Shown here one piece after another: positions 1-15,028 of a DNA stretch of 64,000 nt. Position 1 is the stretch's first letter. Each line of letters opens with the position of its first letter. Made by a program: the position numbers and the translations under genes. The notes under the pieces are model-generated. The model was not told the DNA's origin and made no database searches. It worked only from the letters and a program-made list of their open reading frames with translations. The stretch spans positions 17,360,001-17,424,000 of the forward strand of contig CM022679.1 in NCBI GenBank assembly GCA_012295275.1. The letters run 5' to 3'. The stretch comes from Chrysomallon squamiferum (taxonomy: Eukaryota; Animalia; Mollusca).

Positions 1-1933
1 GGAATAAAAAGAGAAGAGAGTCTTGACAAAATTATAGCCAGGTAAATGTGACTTATATTTGAGTTATTATTTTAAAAATACAGAAGATTTCAATCGTAAA
101 TATTATTATTATTGAGATTAAAGATAGAGACGAACATACTTTGACCTACAATTGATTAATTGGCAACATATCGTGCAGCGGAAGCCTTGTTACGTTGTTT
201 GGGCTAATATCACTCTCTCTAGAGGTTGATATAATCAGATACTGTTAATGTGCTACAAGATTGTATAATAAATTATTAACATTCTTCTAGCTGTGGCTCT
301 AACTCCGTTCTGAGATGGTCACTATCGGGATGTTTGCAGTTCGAAAATTCCATCAATAATTTCAAACGTTTCTAAGACGAATGCTATCGTGACTCCTGAT
401 TGGTTGTATTGGCGAGAAGTAATTTCTGTCAAAACGCAGCTGCGCTGCAGGAAATTTGGCAGGAAGAGTGATCACAACAGAATTTCATACAAAGTAAAGT
501 TCGTTTAAAGTCTTTGCTTTTCCAAACGTACGATTTGGCCAGAATTACAAAACATATGTGAAATTAAAATGAATGCTAATTAAATCATTAACAGCTTTTT
601 CTTCTTTATTTTTTCTTTAAAAAATAAAAATAAAACAACAACATAATAACCTAATAAACTACTACTACATCAAGAAATAATGATGGTAATGATGATGATA
701 ACAGTAAAAAGAACAAGAGCACTACAACAACAACAACAACAACGATAATGATGATAATAATAATGATGGCGACAATGAAGATAATCGTTATGTATGTTTG
801 TATGAATATACATGTATGCGTGTTTTTGTGTGTGTGTGTGTGTCTGTGTGTGTGTGTGTGTGAATATACATAGCTTGTGTCGTGCGAATACTATTTTCTG
901 AGAATGGTCATGTTTAAATTATTAGCTTCTGTACATAGATACATACAAGAGATATCAGTGTATTACTTCAAAACGATGCGTAAAGAAATATGCTGTTGAA
1001 AGAATATCGCAACAGTAGGTAAGTATTGCAAATGTTGTGAGATCATTTGATTTCCACGCTCATCGTTATGCACTATTTTTTTTTTTTTTTTTTTTTTTGT
1101 CTTACACTATTAATAAAATATACACAGGTATGGTCTTTCAACACTGTATTCATTCATTCAGTCACTATCATTCATCTGTTTATTCATTCTTTCACATATT
1201 CATTCATATGACTGCATCATGAGAAGAAGATAAAAAATAATGGTATTCATAGCAAATGTCGTCTTTATAAATTCAATATTTCAGTTAACCTCAGATCAAA
1301 AAATCTTTTTTCTTTCTTTACATGTTTTCGTTTTTCTTCTTCTTGTAAACCCGGTTGTTAAAAGAAGACACACTGCAATCAGTTTTGATAGAAAACACTG
1401 ATGCTGGCTTCATTAAGAAAGAAGCTCATTGCTGTCAGAAAATCAAATTATCTCTAACTGATCACCTCACTGGCTTAGATTGAATAACAACCCAGAAAAA
1501 CCATTTTCACTTTATTCCTCGCTCTTGTAATTATAATGTAGTAGAAGTTTGTTTTTGTTTTTGTTTTTTGTACGGAAAAACGAAATCCGTCTGTAATTCC
1601 GTTCGTACGCAGGTGCCTGTCTACATTTGTAAAAAGAAAGCAAAATACTAAGGCTATAGAGATGTGGGGGAAAAATATTCTATATAATATTAAAAACTAT
1701 TATCAGTAAAACTAAGAGATAAAAAAAACTCTAATATATAAGTTTATGTTCAGAGTCAGATAGATAGACAGATAGACAGAGAGACAGAGAAAATATTTAT
1801 ATAAAGGTTTTCTGAAGCACACGCTGAAACATCAGCGAAACACCGTCAGTAATGATTATTTTAAAACTACAAAATTACTACTGCTACTGTAACAACTATT
1901 ACTACTAACGATAATGATAATACTGATGATCAT

Positions 1934-1934
1934 G

Positions 1935-2008
<74 letters not shown>

Positions 2009-2017
2009 AATAAATAA
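1934..2017. repeat. (AAT)n/(AAAT)n compound microsatellite
   Basis: Seen directly. Confidence 0.95.
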
Positions 2018-4808
2018 AATTAATTTTAAAAAATAATAAAATAAAATAAAAATAAATAAATAAATAACAAAAACCCACCAGAATCATCACTAATAATAAC
2101 AACAATATCAATGATGATTATGATCGTGGTGACGGCGATGACGATGTTACTAACAACATGAGTAGCTACATCATTAAGTCTTTATATTATGACTTTTTTA
2201 ACAATGGAATAATTACGCTTTTCTTTTGAGCGTTCGTAATGTAATGGTTTAATAACGTGTTAATAAGCGAACGATTATCGATATTAAAGCCAAATTAACT
2301 GTCATTTCTGAATACACATAATTACACATGAAAACGTTTCACGGCAGTTAAATTAGATATTATCTATTTGGAAGATAATCAGTCTTTGTATCCTGTTTTG
2401 TAATTAATATAAACCTTTGAGATACGAAGAAACAGCTTAAATACATATTGTTTATCCGAAAGTTCTGTGCTAATAATAAAGTATGATATCTTAAGATTAT
2501 TAATGAATTCATTTTATTTGATATTTTGTAATCTTTATCTTTCTCTGTTTCGTTCTTCTTATTATATTTGTTAATTTTTTTCAAACATTTCGTATTCGTT
2601 ATTAAACTTTCATATTTTACACTGCCCATTCCATCTAAGAAAAAAGATGATAAAAAATTATTTAAAATAGAATGTATATTATAATATGCAAGACACAACA
2701 CGGTGTGGAGATTAAATTAATTAAAAAGTATCTATGATGTAGTTAGGTTTAGAGATTCCTGTATACTGTTATCTCATTAATTATTTACTGTTAATCTATT
2801 TTCGTGTTCCATCCATCAAAGTATCGACTTGTCAACATTAACACGCGATAAGGACTTCTGGAGTTTGCCTGAACTCAGGGAAAGAAGTTATCGAATGTGC
2901 ATTTTTTGTGTTATGTCTACAAACAAGGCTATAATCATTATTGGTAAAGTAGAAAATGTTTTAAACCTGGAGAAATACACGCTAGGTTATAGACAGTACT
3001 TAAAACTATAAACCTGGAAAAGAGTGTACAAAGGTGAAATAAATTGTTCATGACACCCTATGTTTATTTTGTTTTATTTTTTTCTCTCCTTTTCTTCTTT
3101 TTCATTTTTGCTTCCACATACAGATCAGATTATGCTTTAATGTTTTATTTACTGTTCTGACTTGAATTAGTTCCAAGTGATTTACAAGGACTTGATCAAA
3201 GAGAGATGCGGTGAAGATTTAAGTGAAATCTCGGAACAATGGTGATTAATTAGGCCGTGCCATCACACGAACAGCGACCCTGACGAAGTTACAAATGTCA
3301 TTACCTCATTCGATAACGACTCGTTGTCATGAAACTTCCCTAATCAGATTAAAAAAGGAACGTTCCAGAAATAATATTAATGTGAGGTAGTGCAAAAATA
3401 TGCAGGTACCGAAACTTTTATCCGGCAAGCAAACAATAAAAAATAAAAAATAAAGCTGTATTTAATAGATTCAAATTAATACAGCAGTGTCTGTTTGATC
3501 TTTATTAATTCACATAAAATACCTAAAACCCTTGCATGAAATACACTTTTTCTTAGCAAGCTGCGTAACTGCTAGTCTTTTAGACATTATAGTAAATGAA
3601 AATGAAAGTAAACTGAAACATACAATAATTTACTGAGAGAGAATCACCTGAAATGGATCACAGAAATTAAAACAAACTACTTCACCTATGAGTACTACTA
3701 AGAACTGCTAAATCTCAAATAAATCAAACTGACTGCATTATGCTGCAGTACTGAATGCCATCATAAAAATACAATTTACTATATATTAATATTATTTAAT
3801 AAATATTTTCGAATCTCCCTTATAAAACGGTCCGACTATGTTGAGTTATTTTTTCGATGATGTTTAAATTATGTCATTCATTTTAATTGTTTCTAGACAT
3901 TTAAAAAAATTATCTAGAGACATTCCTCAACATTTTACATTCTATAAAAATTCTTAGTAATACTCGGGCAGTTTTAGGCCTAAGAATCCTAGGGAGTTTA
4001 TATCCGTCGTTGGAGATGTCTTGAATACAAGAAGCTGTCCTTCTGTAGACCTATAACAGAGGTTTCAGAAGAAGCCATAAAATTAAATTATGTTATATTT
4101 CAATGAGTATATCTTGGTCCTCTCTATTCATTTTTGGAACCGTCCCTTAGGAGATTATGCAAGAATATTGACTTACTGAAATTAAAGCTCTCGCGATGTC
4201 TGATTCTGGAGATCATCAAATGTATGCTGTTAATTAATTAATTAATTGATCGATTTTTATTTTATTTAAAACAGATCACTATTTTAATTTATACCTTTCA
4301 CTTTATTATTGCTTTCAGTTTATTTTCGTGTTTTGTTTATTGTCGTAATATTAGACCCGGCTTAGTTATGTATCTCATTATTCAGTTTTCTGCTTAGTTT
4401 CGTATGTTAATTGTGTCTCATTTTAGTATTTAATTTTCTTACATTAGTTTTTATCGTTTAATTAATATAAATATTATTTTGCATTGTCCAGTGTTGTGAT
4501 TCATGGTTTAATAGCTTAATAAATCAATAACAGCATAAAAAGAACTAATATTAATACCTTGACTCCAGAGATTAATATTAGTAGAATACCTAGTTCAAAC
4601 CTAAATGATGGGAACGTCCATTGTCAAACTACAGTACACACGGTTCCGTATGTTAACTCCGAGTTTCTCTAGAAACAGAATCAAAGGGTTTAAAATTCAG
4701 TCTGATGATGCTTTTTGCGCAATTCATTATTTGTAGCTAAATCTCAGGGACGCTTTCTAAAGAAACTAGATAACTCAGACTACTGAACAGGACTGGTGTG
4801 TTTTACAC

Positions 4809-4810
<2 letters not shown>

Positions 4811-4903
<93 letters not shown>
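4811..4903. repeat. (AAT)19 directly followed by (ATT)12: palindromic microsatellite
   Basis: Seen directly; the centre is aat|att at 4867/4868. Confidence 0.95.
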
Positions 4904-4905
<2 letters not shown>

Positions 4906-5334
4906 CATCATCAGCTCTAATTTTAGTAATGAGTAACTAAATAAGGTATTCGTTGTCAGTAAAATTAATCTACAAACATACTGTCATTTCAGTGATATAA
5001 CGAACACGCTACTGACATTTATAAACACCAGAACAGGAACTTTATGAACGACAAAATCGTGAAAACACTTTAAATGAAAGAAACAGATTGAAAGGAAACA
5101 CAGACGCCTACATTAAAAGCATAAATATTTAATATTATAATATATTATTATATCTGAGTTTCTCAATAAGCTGTAATGCTTTTCATCGGCGTTATATAAA
5201 ACAAGAATTTTAAATGTCAACCAGTTTTATTTTATCAATAATAAACTGTAAAAAAAGTAATCCACAGACATCAGACAGAACAAGAAAGATAACTGTTCTC
5301 AGCAAATAGTTTTGAGTTATGTCCCTTCGATAGA

Positions 5335-5335
<1 letters not shown>

Positions 5336-5383
<48 letters not shown>

Positions 5384-5440
5384 GTAGTAGTAGTAGTAGT
5401 AGTAGTAGTAAAGTAGTAGTAGTAGTAGTAGTAGTAGTAA
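5336..5440. repeat. (AAT)n to (AGT)n compound microsatellite
   Basis: Seen directly. Confidence 0.9.
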
Positions 5441-7061
5441 CAATAATAAGGTATTAGTTATAAGTAGCTACATGTAATTTATAAATTTTAGATAAAAAAA
5501 AAAATAAAAAAGTAAAATGTTCGTATAACCATTATTTAAATATTAACAACAACAACAAAATCTCGTTATTTTGAGCGGTTGCAAAGTTAGTATTACTGTT
5601 TCGAAATACATACATGAAACATTAAAAAAAAAAAAAAAAAAAAAAAAACGAACAACAAACAAACACATTAAATATAAGTAATTATTATAAAAAAAAATTT
5701 ATTAAAGGAAACATATACATATGATACTGGCGAATATATACGTTTTAGGATATCGTTTTAGAAAAACAAAAATGGAGAAATAGCAAACATTATTATTACA
5801 AATGTTACAAGGAAAAATGATTTGTATCTGGCAGTATAACATAGCAGATGTTTCGTTCTGAACGAATCCATTATAAATTATAAGTGAATGTGTGACAGCT
5901 TTAATATTATATTTGTCGAAAATCCAAAGCAGCAGAAGGGGAAGTAATATTTATATCTTTAAAGAAACAAAGAAAAAAGATGGAACCGAGAAACAAACTC
6001 GTTTTCTGAAATAAATAATCGTAAAATACAACTAAAATTAATCGTTCATTCTTATTCGACAATTTTGTTCAACAAGGGAATCGTTTTTTTCGGCAGTCAA
6101 TTGCCTGTTTTTGTTGGTGGTTTTTTTTTCGCCTTTAAACACTCCAGGGATTCGATTAAGATCGGCTCAGTTTGCCAGTCGCGAACATCACGCAGGATTA
6201 ATCTTGTGTCAATTGGGAGTAATTTCCCTTGAATTCATATTTCATGTCTGGCGCAATTTCTAAATGTCGTGTGGACTTTGTCTCAGAGGGCGTTTGCTCG
6301 GAGACAAATCCAGATGAAACTATTAGGGAAGTTAATGGGTGTACATCTATTTTTATTCCTAAAATATTAGAACTTGTCTGACGCCAGAAAAGATAAAAGT
6401 TTATAAACAAATATAGGATGCGATCAGTAGGGATTAGGAAAATGGTAATGGAAGAAAGAGTTTCCTGCTGCTAGCGGGATTGGATTATCTAGTCAGACAA
6501 TAATTTGAAAGTGTCTGCGAGATGTTAACTTTGTCAGGAAACTGAAACAAGATTTATAATTTTTCTGGCACGTTATTAAGCACCGGCTAACTTTTGCGGT
6601 TTTTAAGTCTGATAATTTCGGTTTATATTGTTGGTACCAAAGCAAGTAGCCCATGTAAAAGAAATGTAGGCGGATGGAAAGTATTAATATCATCACAAAT
6701 AATGAAAATAAAGTTTAATGAAAATAAAATTTGATCAATATCCTATGATCTATGTTAACAGTTTCTTTGTTACTATTATTATTATTATTTTATCATTTTA
6801 TATTTCTTCACCAGCACTTCCTCACTTGAATGAAAACACTAAGATTTACATAGTCGTATCCCGTTTAAAGAAATCCTTTTGTGATAATTGATCCAACTCA
6901 ACTTAATGTTCAGTAACATTTCGTTTTAAATGAATTTTATCCAAGTACTCAAATAACATTTTATTCTTCTGAAAAAAAAAAAAAAACAGAAAAAATAAAA
7001 GAAAAAGAAAAAGAAAAAACAACAATAAAAAGCTACAGTCCCCCCACATTCGTACACACTC

Positions 7062-7098
<37 letters not shown>

Positions 7099-7683
7099 GC
7101 CTCAAAAAACGATTTATTATTTTATTGTTAATTTCACGTAAAACTTAGGCACGACTTTCTTTGTTTTCCCGCCATTCTGCTGCTTATCAGCTGCGATCTT
7201 TGCAATGCAATATGGCGATATAAAATGCATTGATACGGGTTGCAACGAATAGTTAGCTCCAGAACCACTAGTTTTAAAAACGTTAGGCTGAAAGAATGGC
7301 AGGAAGTAATTCATGTTAAAACCTTTTAATGTCTGACAGTTATAAACATGTGTGCATTATGCTACCATTATAATCACAATTATGTATCATGCTTGGATGG
7401 TTTTAGTAGTCGAATATTTTTGCGTTTAATGTTAGGGGGATACAGTGCACATAATGTCGTATGTATTTCGGAGAGCACTAATTATGTACCCAGTTTCAAC
7501 TTCTTTATTTTCTTTAATTTACATTGACATAATGCAAGTAAATATTTTAAATATCTATACTCGTACGTATACCTAATAATCACGACAATAATTATATGGA
7601 AGCGAGAAATGATGAATTTTTCTAATTATTCTACAGTCCTCCATTATTTGGTCTTATTGTTGTTCAATATCTATCTATCTATC

Positions 7684-7719
<36 letters not shown>

Positions 7720-7856
7720 TGCACACGCACATATACACATGCACACGCATACACACATCTAAAAAATTATCCACCCAAATTTAATTATATAAAATATAAA
7801 CAAAGGAAAAGCCATACCAAAATCGGTCTCTTTGTTTTTGTCTGTCTATATACGGC

Positions 7857-8015
7857 TCCCTGTCTCTGTCTCTGCACCTGCATTTCTTTCTCTGACGTAC
7901 ACAGACATACAAATATACGTTAGTTATATATATATGTGTGTATATGTATAGACATTTCAGAATACATACACAGATATACTCTTTTTAATATTTAGAGCCA
8001 TAATATAATTATATT

Positions 8016-8064
<49 letters not shown>

Positions 8065-8137
8065 CTAACGTGTATGTGTATTTGCATGTCTGTGTACGTC
8101 AGAGAAAGAAATGCAGGTGCAGAGACAGAGACAGGGA
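7857..8137. repeat. Fold-back / MITE-like inverted repeat, ~80 bp arms around an (AT)n-containing spacer
   Basis: 7857-7908 (tccctgtctctgtctctgcacctgcatttctttctctgacgtacacagacat) is the exact reverse complement of 8086-8137. Pairing continues inward with one mismatch and one indel. Confidence 0.9.
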
Positions 8138-8286
8138 TATTTGTATGTATGTATGCATTTATTATTATTATTATTATTATATTCGATTTCATATTTAGAC
8201 TTAGATCCTATTCTCGGGTATTTTCTTATATTCTAAAATCCGAGATACTTCCGGTCCAAAGAATTTCGATTAAGGAATTCTCAGCT

Positions 8287-8348
<62 letters not shown>

Positions 8349-9998
8349 TGATGATGATAAAATAAAAGAAAAATTACTGATGGTACTGGAGGTCACTGCT
8401 GGGAGTCTGTCTGTCTCTCTGTATAGTGTTTGTATATATTTTCTGTCAGAATGAAATGAAAGTGTTTGTTTTGACATCAACATCATCTTCGAAAGCACGT
8501 TATTATTTCTCAAAACAAAACATCACTAATTAAACATTCTTTCCGTCTTTTCCAACTATCAGTATTATATGCCTGCAATACACTTTGATTAAAGAACGCG
8601 TTGGAATACATCCAGAAACTTGCATGTTTGGGTTTGCGCGCCAAAAAAAAAAAAAAAAAAAAAAAAAAAGGAGCCAAATCGGTGCAACGTTCAGTTTGTT
8701 AAAGTGTCAAAAGAATGTCTGTTTCCGTCTGACTGCGGTCGTCCGGGAGTTCTCTCTCGTCTCGTGCTTCTCGTTAAGTCTGTGACTGATGACTGCGCAC
8801 ATCAAAAAACACCACTAAATTCGATATCAGCATAAACCAAGATCATATTAGACAAAAAAAAAAAAAAAAAACAATTAAAATAGAATAAATAAATAAATAA
8901 ATAAATAAAAAAAAATATGAAAAAAAAAAAAAAAAAAAATTAATAAATAGATAAAAAAATAAAAATAAAAAAGTACAAACAAATCAACCAAAAAACAAAA
9001 AAGAATGAAAAACAAAAAGTAAAAAAAAAAAAAAAAAACAACAATAAATAAATAAATAAAATGTGTTGTATAATATGGCTATAACAATAAAAACAATAAT
9101 ACATTTTATTTTTTTAAAAATCACCATTCATTCTCGGCTGCTAAGAAATTTCATAAAAGAAGTGAAGGAAGCAGTCTATGTCATGATCTCTAGGTGCACG
9201 CGCTCAGTAAGAAAATTGCACGCGGTGTTTGCAGGATGCAACTGTCTTCAATGATTTATTTGACGTGTAAGTTTGACAGAACAATCACGCGTGTGCAGTC
9301 AGCGCCACAAGGGTTAATTGGTTTTGTAGATCCAAACCTCTGGGCTTATCAGTGATGTGTCTTTCGTCTTTCCGTCTCAAGTGAAAATGAAAAATGGCAT
9401 TAAGAATTTTTGTTAAGCTTTTCATTTTTTTCCACGACGTATTTCCGTTATTTTTTGGCATGGAGGAATAATAGAAAATTTTATTTATTTATTTTTTATT
9501 TTTATTTTTTCTCAGACAAAGTGACAGATTGACAGATGTCTTGTTAAAAGCTATTCTTAACAGTAAAATACAAATACTATTATAATCTACATTTCATTCG
9601 CTCACATACGCACACACATGCAAGCACACAAACAAGCACACATGCAAGCACACAAACACATACATACACCACAAACACTATTTTATTACCATCATTCTGA
9701 ACAGAATTTTGTATCACTTTTATTAATTAATATTATTATTATCGTTAGCTGAAATGATATTCATCGTTGTCGTCAAATCATTGTTTTAAATCAATGTTGT
9801 CGTTGTGCTATTCCCCGTTCAAGCCAATCCTCTGAACCGGTATATCAATCTACAAAATAGTACTTATAAAAAAGACATTGTTGCAAAATGATTGACAGAA
9901 AAAAGTAATAGCTCCTGTAATATTATTATCATAAAACAACAACAACAACAACAACAGCAATTATAATAATAATAATAATAAAAATCATAGAAGCAAAA

Positions 9999-10030
<32 letters not shown>

Positions 10031-13000
10031 GATCCTTAAATAAAATTTCATTCATCATTAACAACAGGAGTTGTTGTTTGTAGATTTTGTTTAATGCATT
10101 TGAATTCCAAAAACAAATTCTTTAAGTATTATTTGCTTTTAGAAAATCTTTTTGGCAAATGTTGACGTTTACAGTAACTTTTACAGCCAGATTACCTCCT
10201 TCAAATCATCATCACAACTCTGCTGTAAAATAACAATTAATGTTAATTCCTGTTCTCTTCATTATATGTTTTTAATATGTTGCTAAGAAACCCACACCTA
10301 TTAAAACCTCTATTGCATGAATTCTTATTTATCAAGACAATGGGCAACAAAATATATACAATTTCCAATCAGCTAATTCCTATGTTTCTCAATCTCTTTT
10401 CTCTGATCATTTCTACAATAGTGCCTCCAGCAACAAGTCTGTCAGTCACATTGTTTCAGAATGAACTGAACTAATTCTACTGAGCATACAATCGAGGCTA
10501 AAGCAAACCTATAAATCAGATGACTAAAGCCTCGATTACGGAGGCACCAATAGAGAGACTAATTAGCTCTGTTTTTACAGATCCAGCCTGTCCACGTTTA
10601 CTTTCGTAGAGGTTGATCGTAACGTCTTAATGTATCACGGAATAGCCCCTTGATGCTTTGAGCAGCAGGTGGCGCTCGGAACGGTCAGGGGAGATTAATC
10701 TGTCTCAGAAAATGATAGATTTTATATGTCTAAATGGATCTGCCTGCTGCTGTTAACAGCAGATGTTAACTTGAATAAATCCACTTTAGAATAATTGTTA
10801 GAATTGGATACTTTCAGAAATACTTCGTATTTCTTTTTTTCTCGGGGTTTGATTGGGCCGACCACACCAATGACAATCAACTACATGTTGTTAAGTTTAC
10901 TGTTATATTTTACTATCAGTAAATATTAACAGCCTAAAAACAAATGCAATGATAAACTAGCAATAATAAAAAAATATATATATACTGAAACCTTTTTTTA
11001 TGTTTCATCACAACTTATACAATTAAATTTTGAAAAAGGATAAAAAAAAAATAAAAAAAAAAACATTCTAGAGAAAGAAAGATGGGAAAGTAATAAACAG
11101 AAAGATAACTAATCGATTTTTTCTTTCCCTTTTTACTTTTTGTTTAGTCTGTTTTTTATGGCTCATTTTGTTTTTTAAACGCTTCCTCTTTAACACATAC
11201 ACACATATAAATGAACTATCCCTGACATGCGGCACAATTGCTGTGCAGTGAGATACGAAGATAACAAATGTCGGGCTATGACAGATAAAAAGGTAAACTG
11301 ATCTTTCTTGTTTGCTTGCTAACAGTTGCTACCGCTCACTCACTCGCTAACTCGCCTCTTTAAACTGAGCGCGGCCTGCGATGTGTTGAAATAACAAGCG
11401 TACTCGGATTGTTGGTATATTTTGTAAATATAAGTATGTTGTATGATTTTTCTGATAATTTTTAAATTTCCTTTCAGTTTTTGTCTTAGACTAGAAATTT
11501 CTGTGCTTATTAAAAATTATCTTTCTCTCACACAAAAACACATATATGCGAAAAAGTGAATGACTTTGTAACCTGTGTGTTTGCCTGTCTGTGTATCTAC
11601 ATTTACGTACGTATGTGTTTGTATGTATATATGTATACAGGAATGCATGCATGTGTATTTGTATATGAGTCTACTTGCGAGAGTGTGTGTGTGTGTATGA
11701 AAACGCATGGATGTATGTATGTAGATAAATAGATAGGTAATTTTTTGAATCGGTACGTATGAAAAGTTGTATTCATGTATTTATCTCTTCGTTCTTAAAC
11801 AGAAACGTTTAAATTATTAAGAAAAAAACTAGGCAGAAACAATAAAGAAAGAAGAACGTTAAAAAGAAAGAAATGAAATTTGAGCTAAATGTTGGCAAGG
11901 AAATCTGAAATGTCGTGCATTTTGCACTGTTTTGAAACATATGTATAATTCGTTTACACTAGAACCCATTAAAATATCAACAAGCTTGTTTTTCAGGTCA
12001 TGTATAATCAGCATCAAGTAGTTTACAATAATAAGAAAAACAAACACTGCTCCTTTAAGAGTTAACACAAAATCAGCGAAATCCTCGCAGTAAAACAAAC
12101 AGATTCTGTGGCGGAATGCCTCAAAACATTTTGTAAGAGGAAACGGATAAGACGCTGTGTTGACAAGTAGTGGTTTATTTTAAGAAATTCTAGCTTCTAA
12201 AAACTCTCCTCCTTTGCCGGCGGTAACACGTCGACTGAGTGTAACAGTGAAGAAAGTAAACACCTGTGTGACGGGCTGTTGTTGTTTACCACGTTGTTCA
12301 AACCATACCCACACTAAATATATATATATATATGTATGTAATGATATATATGTATGTATGTATGAATGTATGTATGTATGTATATGTGTGTGTGCGTGCG
12401 TGTGCGTGTGCGCATGTATGTGTGTGTGCGTGTGTGTGTGTGTGTGAGTGCGTGTGCTTCGAATTTTACTATGGAATAGTGTCACAAAATTTAGATCTGC
12501 CCGGCAGTAATATAGGTTACAGAGTTACTGAGTCCGGTCTTTCCTCCTCATTTTACTCCTTTCTCTTTCTTCCTCTGTAATGTGTGTTTGCGTTTTTATG
12601 TGGATACTAGTTAACATTTTGACACAGCACAATTACTTTAACTATCCGAGTCTGGCTTCCCAGGAATGGTTTCTGTAACATAATTCAGACATCCGGATTA
12701 TACGGAAACACCCGACAACATGATTGATGACGTCGTTAGTGGACATCGGTTGACTTTATTCGGAATGTGCAGACGTAATTATAATTATCTCCCTTCTGAA
12801 GGGCTTTTTATCTCTGAAGGTGAACTTAATTTGTCATCTATAAGATAACGTTAATGAACTAGACTGAAAGTAGACGAAGCTATTTGAAAACTGGGTGTTT
12901 TGGACATTATAAGTATACAGTATCTCTGCAAATTTATAAACCAAAGTTTTAGTACACCAGCTGAACTTTGTCATTTGCGTGAAAGAATAACATGATATTA

Positions 13001-13771
13001 AGGATCAGAATAGTTATTATTTGTAATATAACCTGCTTTTCTTTTTTCTTTTTAAAAATAGTTTTGTTTTGCTTTGATTCAAGAACAAATAAGACTGTTC
13101 ATCATTAATACTGTTTAACCATGCTAACTTTAACTCAAAGTTATTATAATCAGTGATTTTTTGAAAAACCAATTAATTCAGTCTCATTTGAAAAAGTTCT
13201 TGTCTGAGTTAATTTAGAAAGATGTTAAGATTTAATCACTAACGGTGTTGACTGGTATATTCATTGTGTTTGTTTAATAAGAATCAGATATTTTCAAGTA
13301 ACTATACTTGTCGAGCTTATTTTCTTAAAACATGTACATGAATGAATTCGCATGTGTTTTTGATAAATCCGTTACCAATGTGTCAGAATCGTGGGGTATA
13401 TGTATCATGATAACAAAATGTGTACTAGCAGTAAAAATTGAATAGCGGACAAACAAAACAAAATAAAATAAATTTAGTATTAAAACTTTAACTTTATATT
13501 ATTACACAACCTGTTTTTCAATGACAGGAGGAAATAAAGTAAATAAAAAACAAAAAACAACAACAAAAAATTAAAACAAAAACAAAAGTAAAAAGAAATA
13601 AAAAAGGTACAGATGGCAATAAATTAAAAACATGTTTAGAAAATAAAATAATGACTATTATAAATATATATTGTTTTCATTGTGCTTTATATTGTTCTGT
13701 GTTTCAAAAAAAAGTTTACAACATGTATAATAAACTTAAAAATTTATATTTTATACCTACATATTTTAAAC

Positions 13772-13775
<4 letters not shown>

Positions 13776-13842
<67 letters not shown>
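13776..13842. repeat. (GA)n microsatellite
   Basis: Seen directly. Confidence 0.95.
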
Positions 13843-13845
<3 letters not shown>

Positions 13846-14909
13846 CTACTGATCACAAAATATAGCAGAAGGTGCTGTTATTTTTAAATTATTATTTAAA
13901 AAAAAGAATTAGGATAAATAAAACAACTTTAAGTCATTTTAAAGTCTCTAAAAACAAATTGTAGAAATCTAAATTGTTTTTCAAGTCTCGTTTAATGGAT
14001 TCTTTGCTCGGTTTCAATCACAACATGCAATTTTATGTGTTCAAGCAAGCAATAAACATTTCAAATTAGTTGTGCGTTTTTTCTTTTTTCTTCTTTGGCA
14101 ACAAAAACATCACGTTTCTGCAGGCTAGAAGGCTGAGAAAACTGAAATGTTAAAGGAAATTGTCGTAAAAGCTAAATGTGTGATACTGCGTGAGACCATA
14201 AAGCACTTCCTTCTTCGTACAACATAAAGAGATTTGAGCCGCATTCCTCACCAAATCTACTCGGCGATAACCATACAAAGATAATATATTTTCCGGAATT
14301 CCATTTTTGAGGTCCTAAGGGGAGAGCAGTTTTGTAAAAGTAATCATTACTGTCAACCACGTATGAAATTATTAGCACCATGGATACATAACGACATAAC
14401 AATTCATTTACATTCTGTTACGTTAAGTTTTATTGGCCCGTGAAAACACGCGAGAAAACGCGAGACCAAAGGCTCAAGTCTTTCTTGTTTTCTTTGTGAA
14501 ACAAGATTTGACGATAATAAGCAAGACCAAAAGAAGAAAGATAAATTTTATTACTTCTGTCAGTAGATGTAGACAGTATCGTAAGATTTGTTTGCTCTTG
14601 AACTGAAATTAGAATTCTAAAAGTTTTCCTTTGATAAGATATGTAGATGAAAAACCACCGAAGGTTTGAATAGTTGACTGGAATGCAAGATTTTTTTAAA
14701 TTAAATTTTGTTTTTAAAGTTGATAAGAAAGTAACAAATTCTGATAGTGTATTTTTATATTTTTATACCTATGTTTGAATGATTAATGTTATTATTATTA
14801 TGTAACGTGTGCATACTTAATTATGCATACTTAATTATATAGGCCTACAGATCAGACATATATTTATACTTACAAACATCTGAATGCATACGTTAAGGTG
14901 TGTTTTTAA

Positions 14910-14931
14910 TGTGTGTGTGTGTGTGTGTGCT

Positions 14932-15022
<91 letters not shown>
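14910..15022. repeat. (TG)n-(CT)n microsatellite
   Basis: Seen directly. Confidence 0.95.
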
Positions 15023-15028
<6 letters not shown>

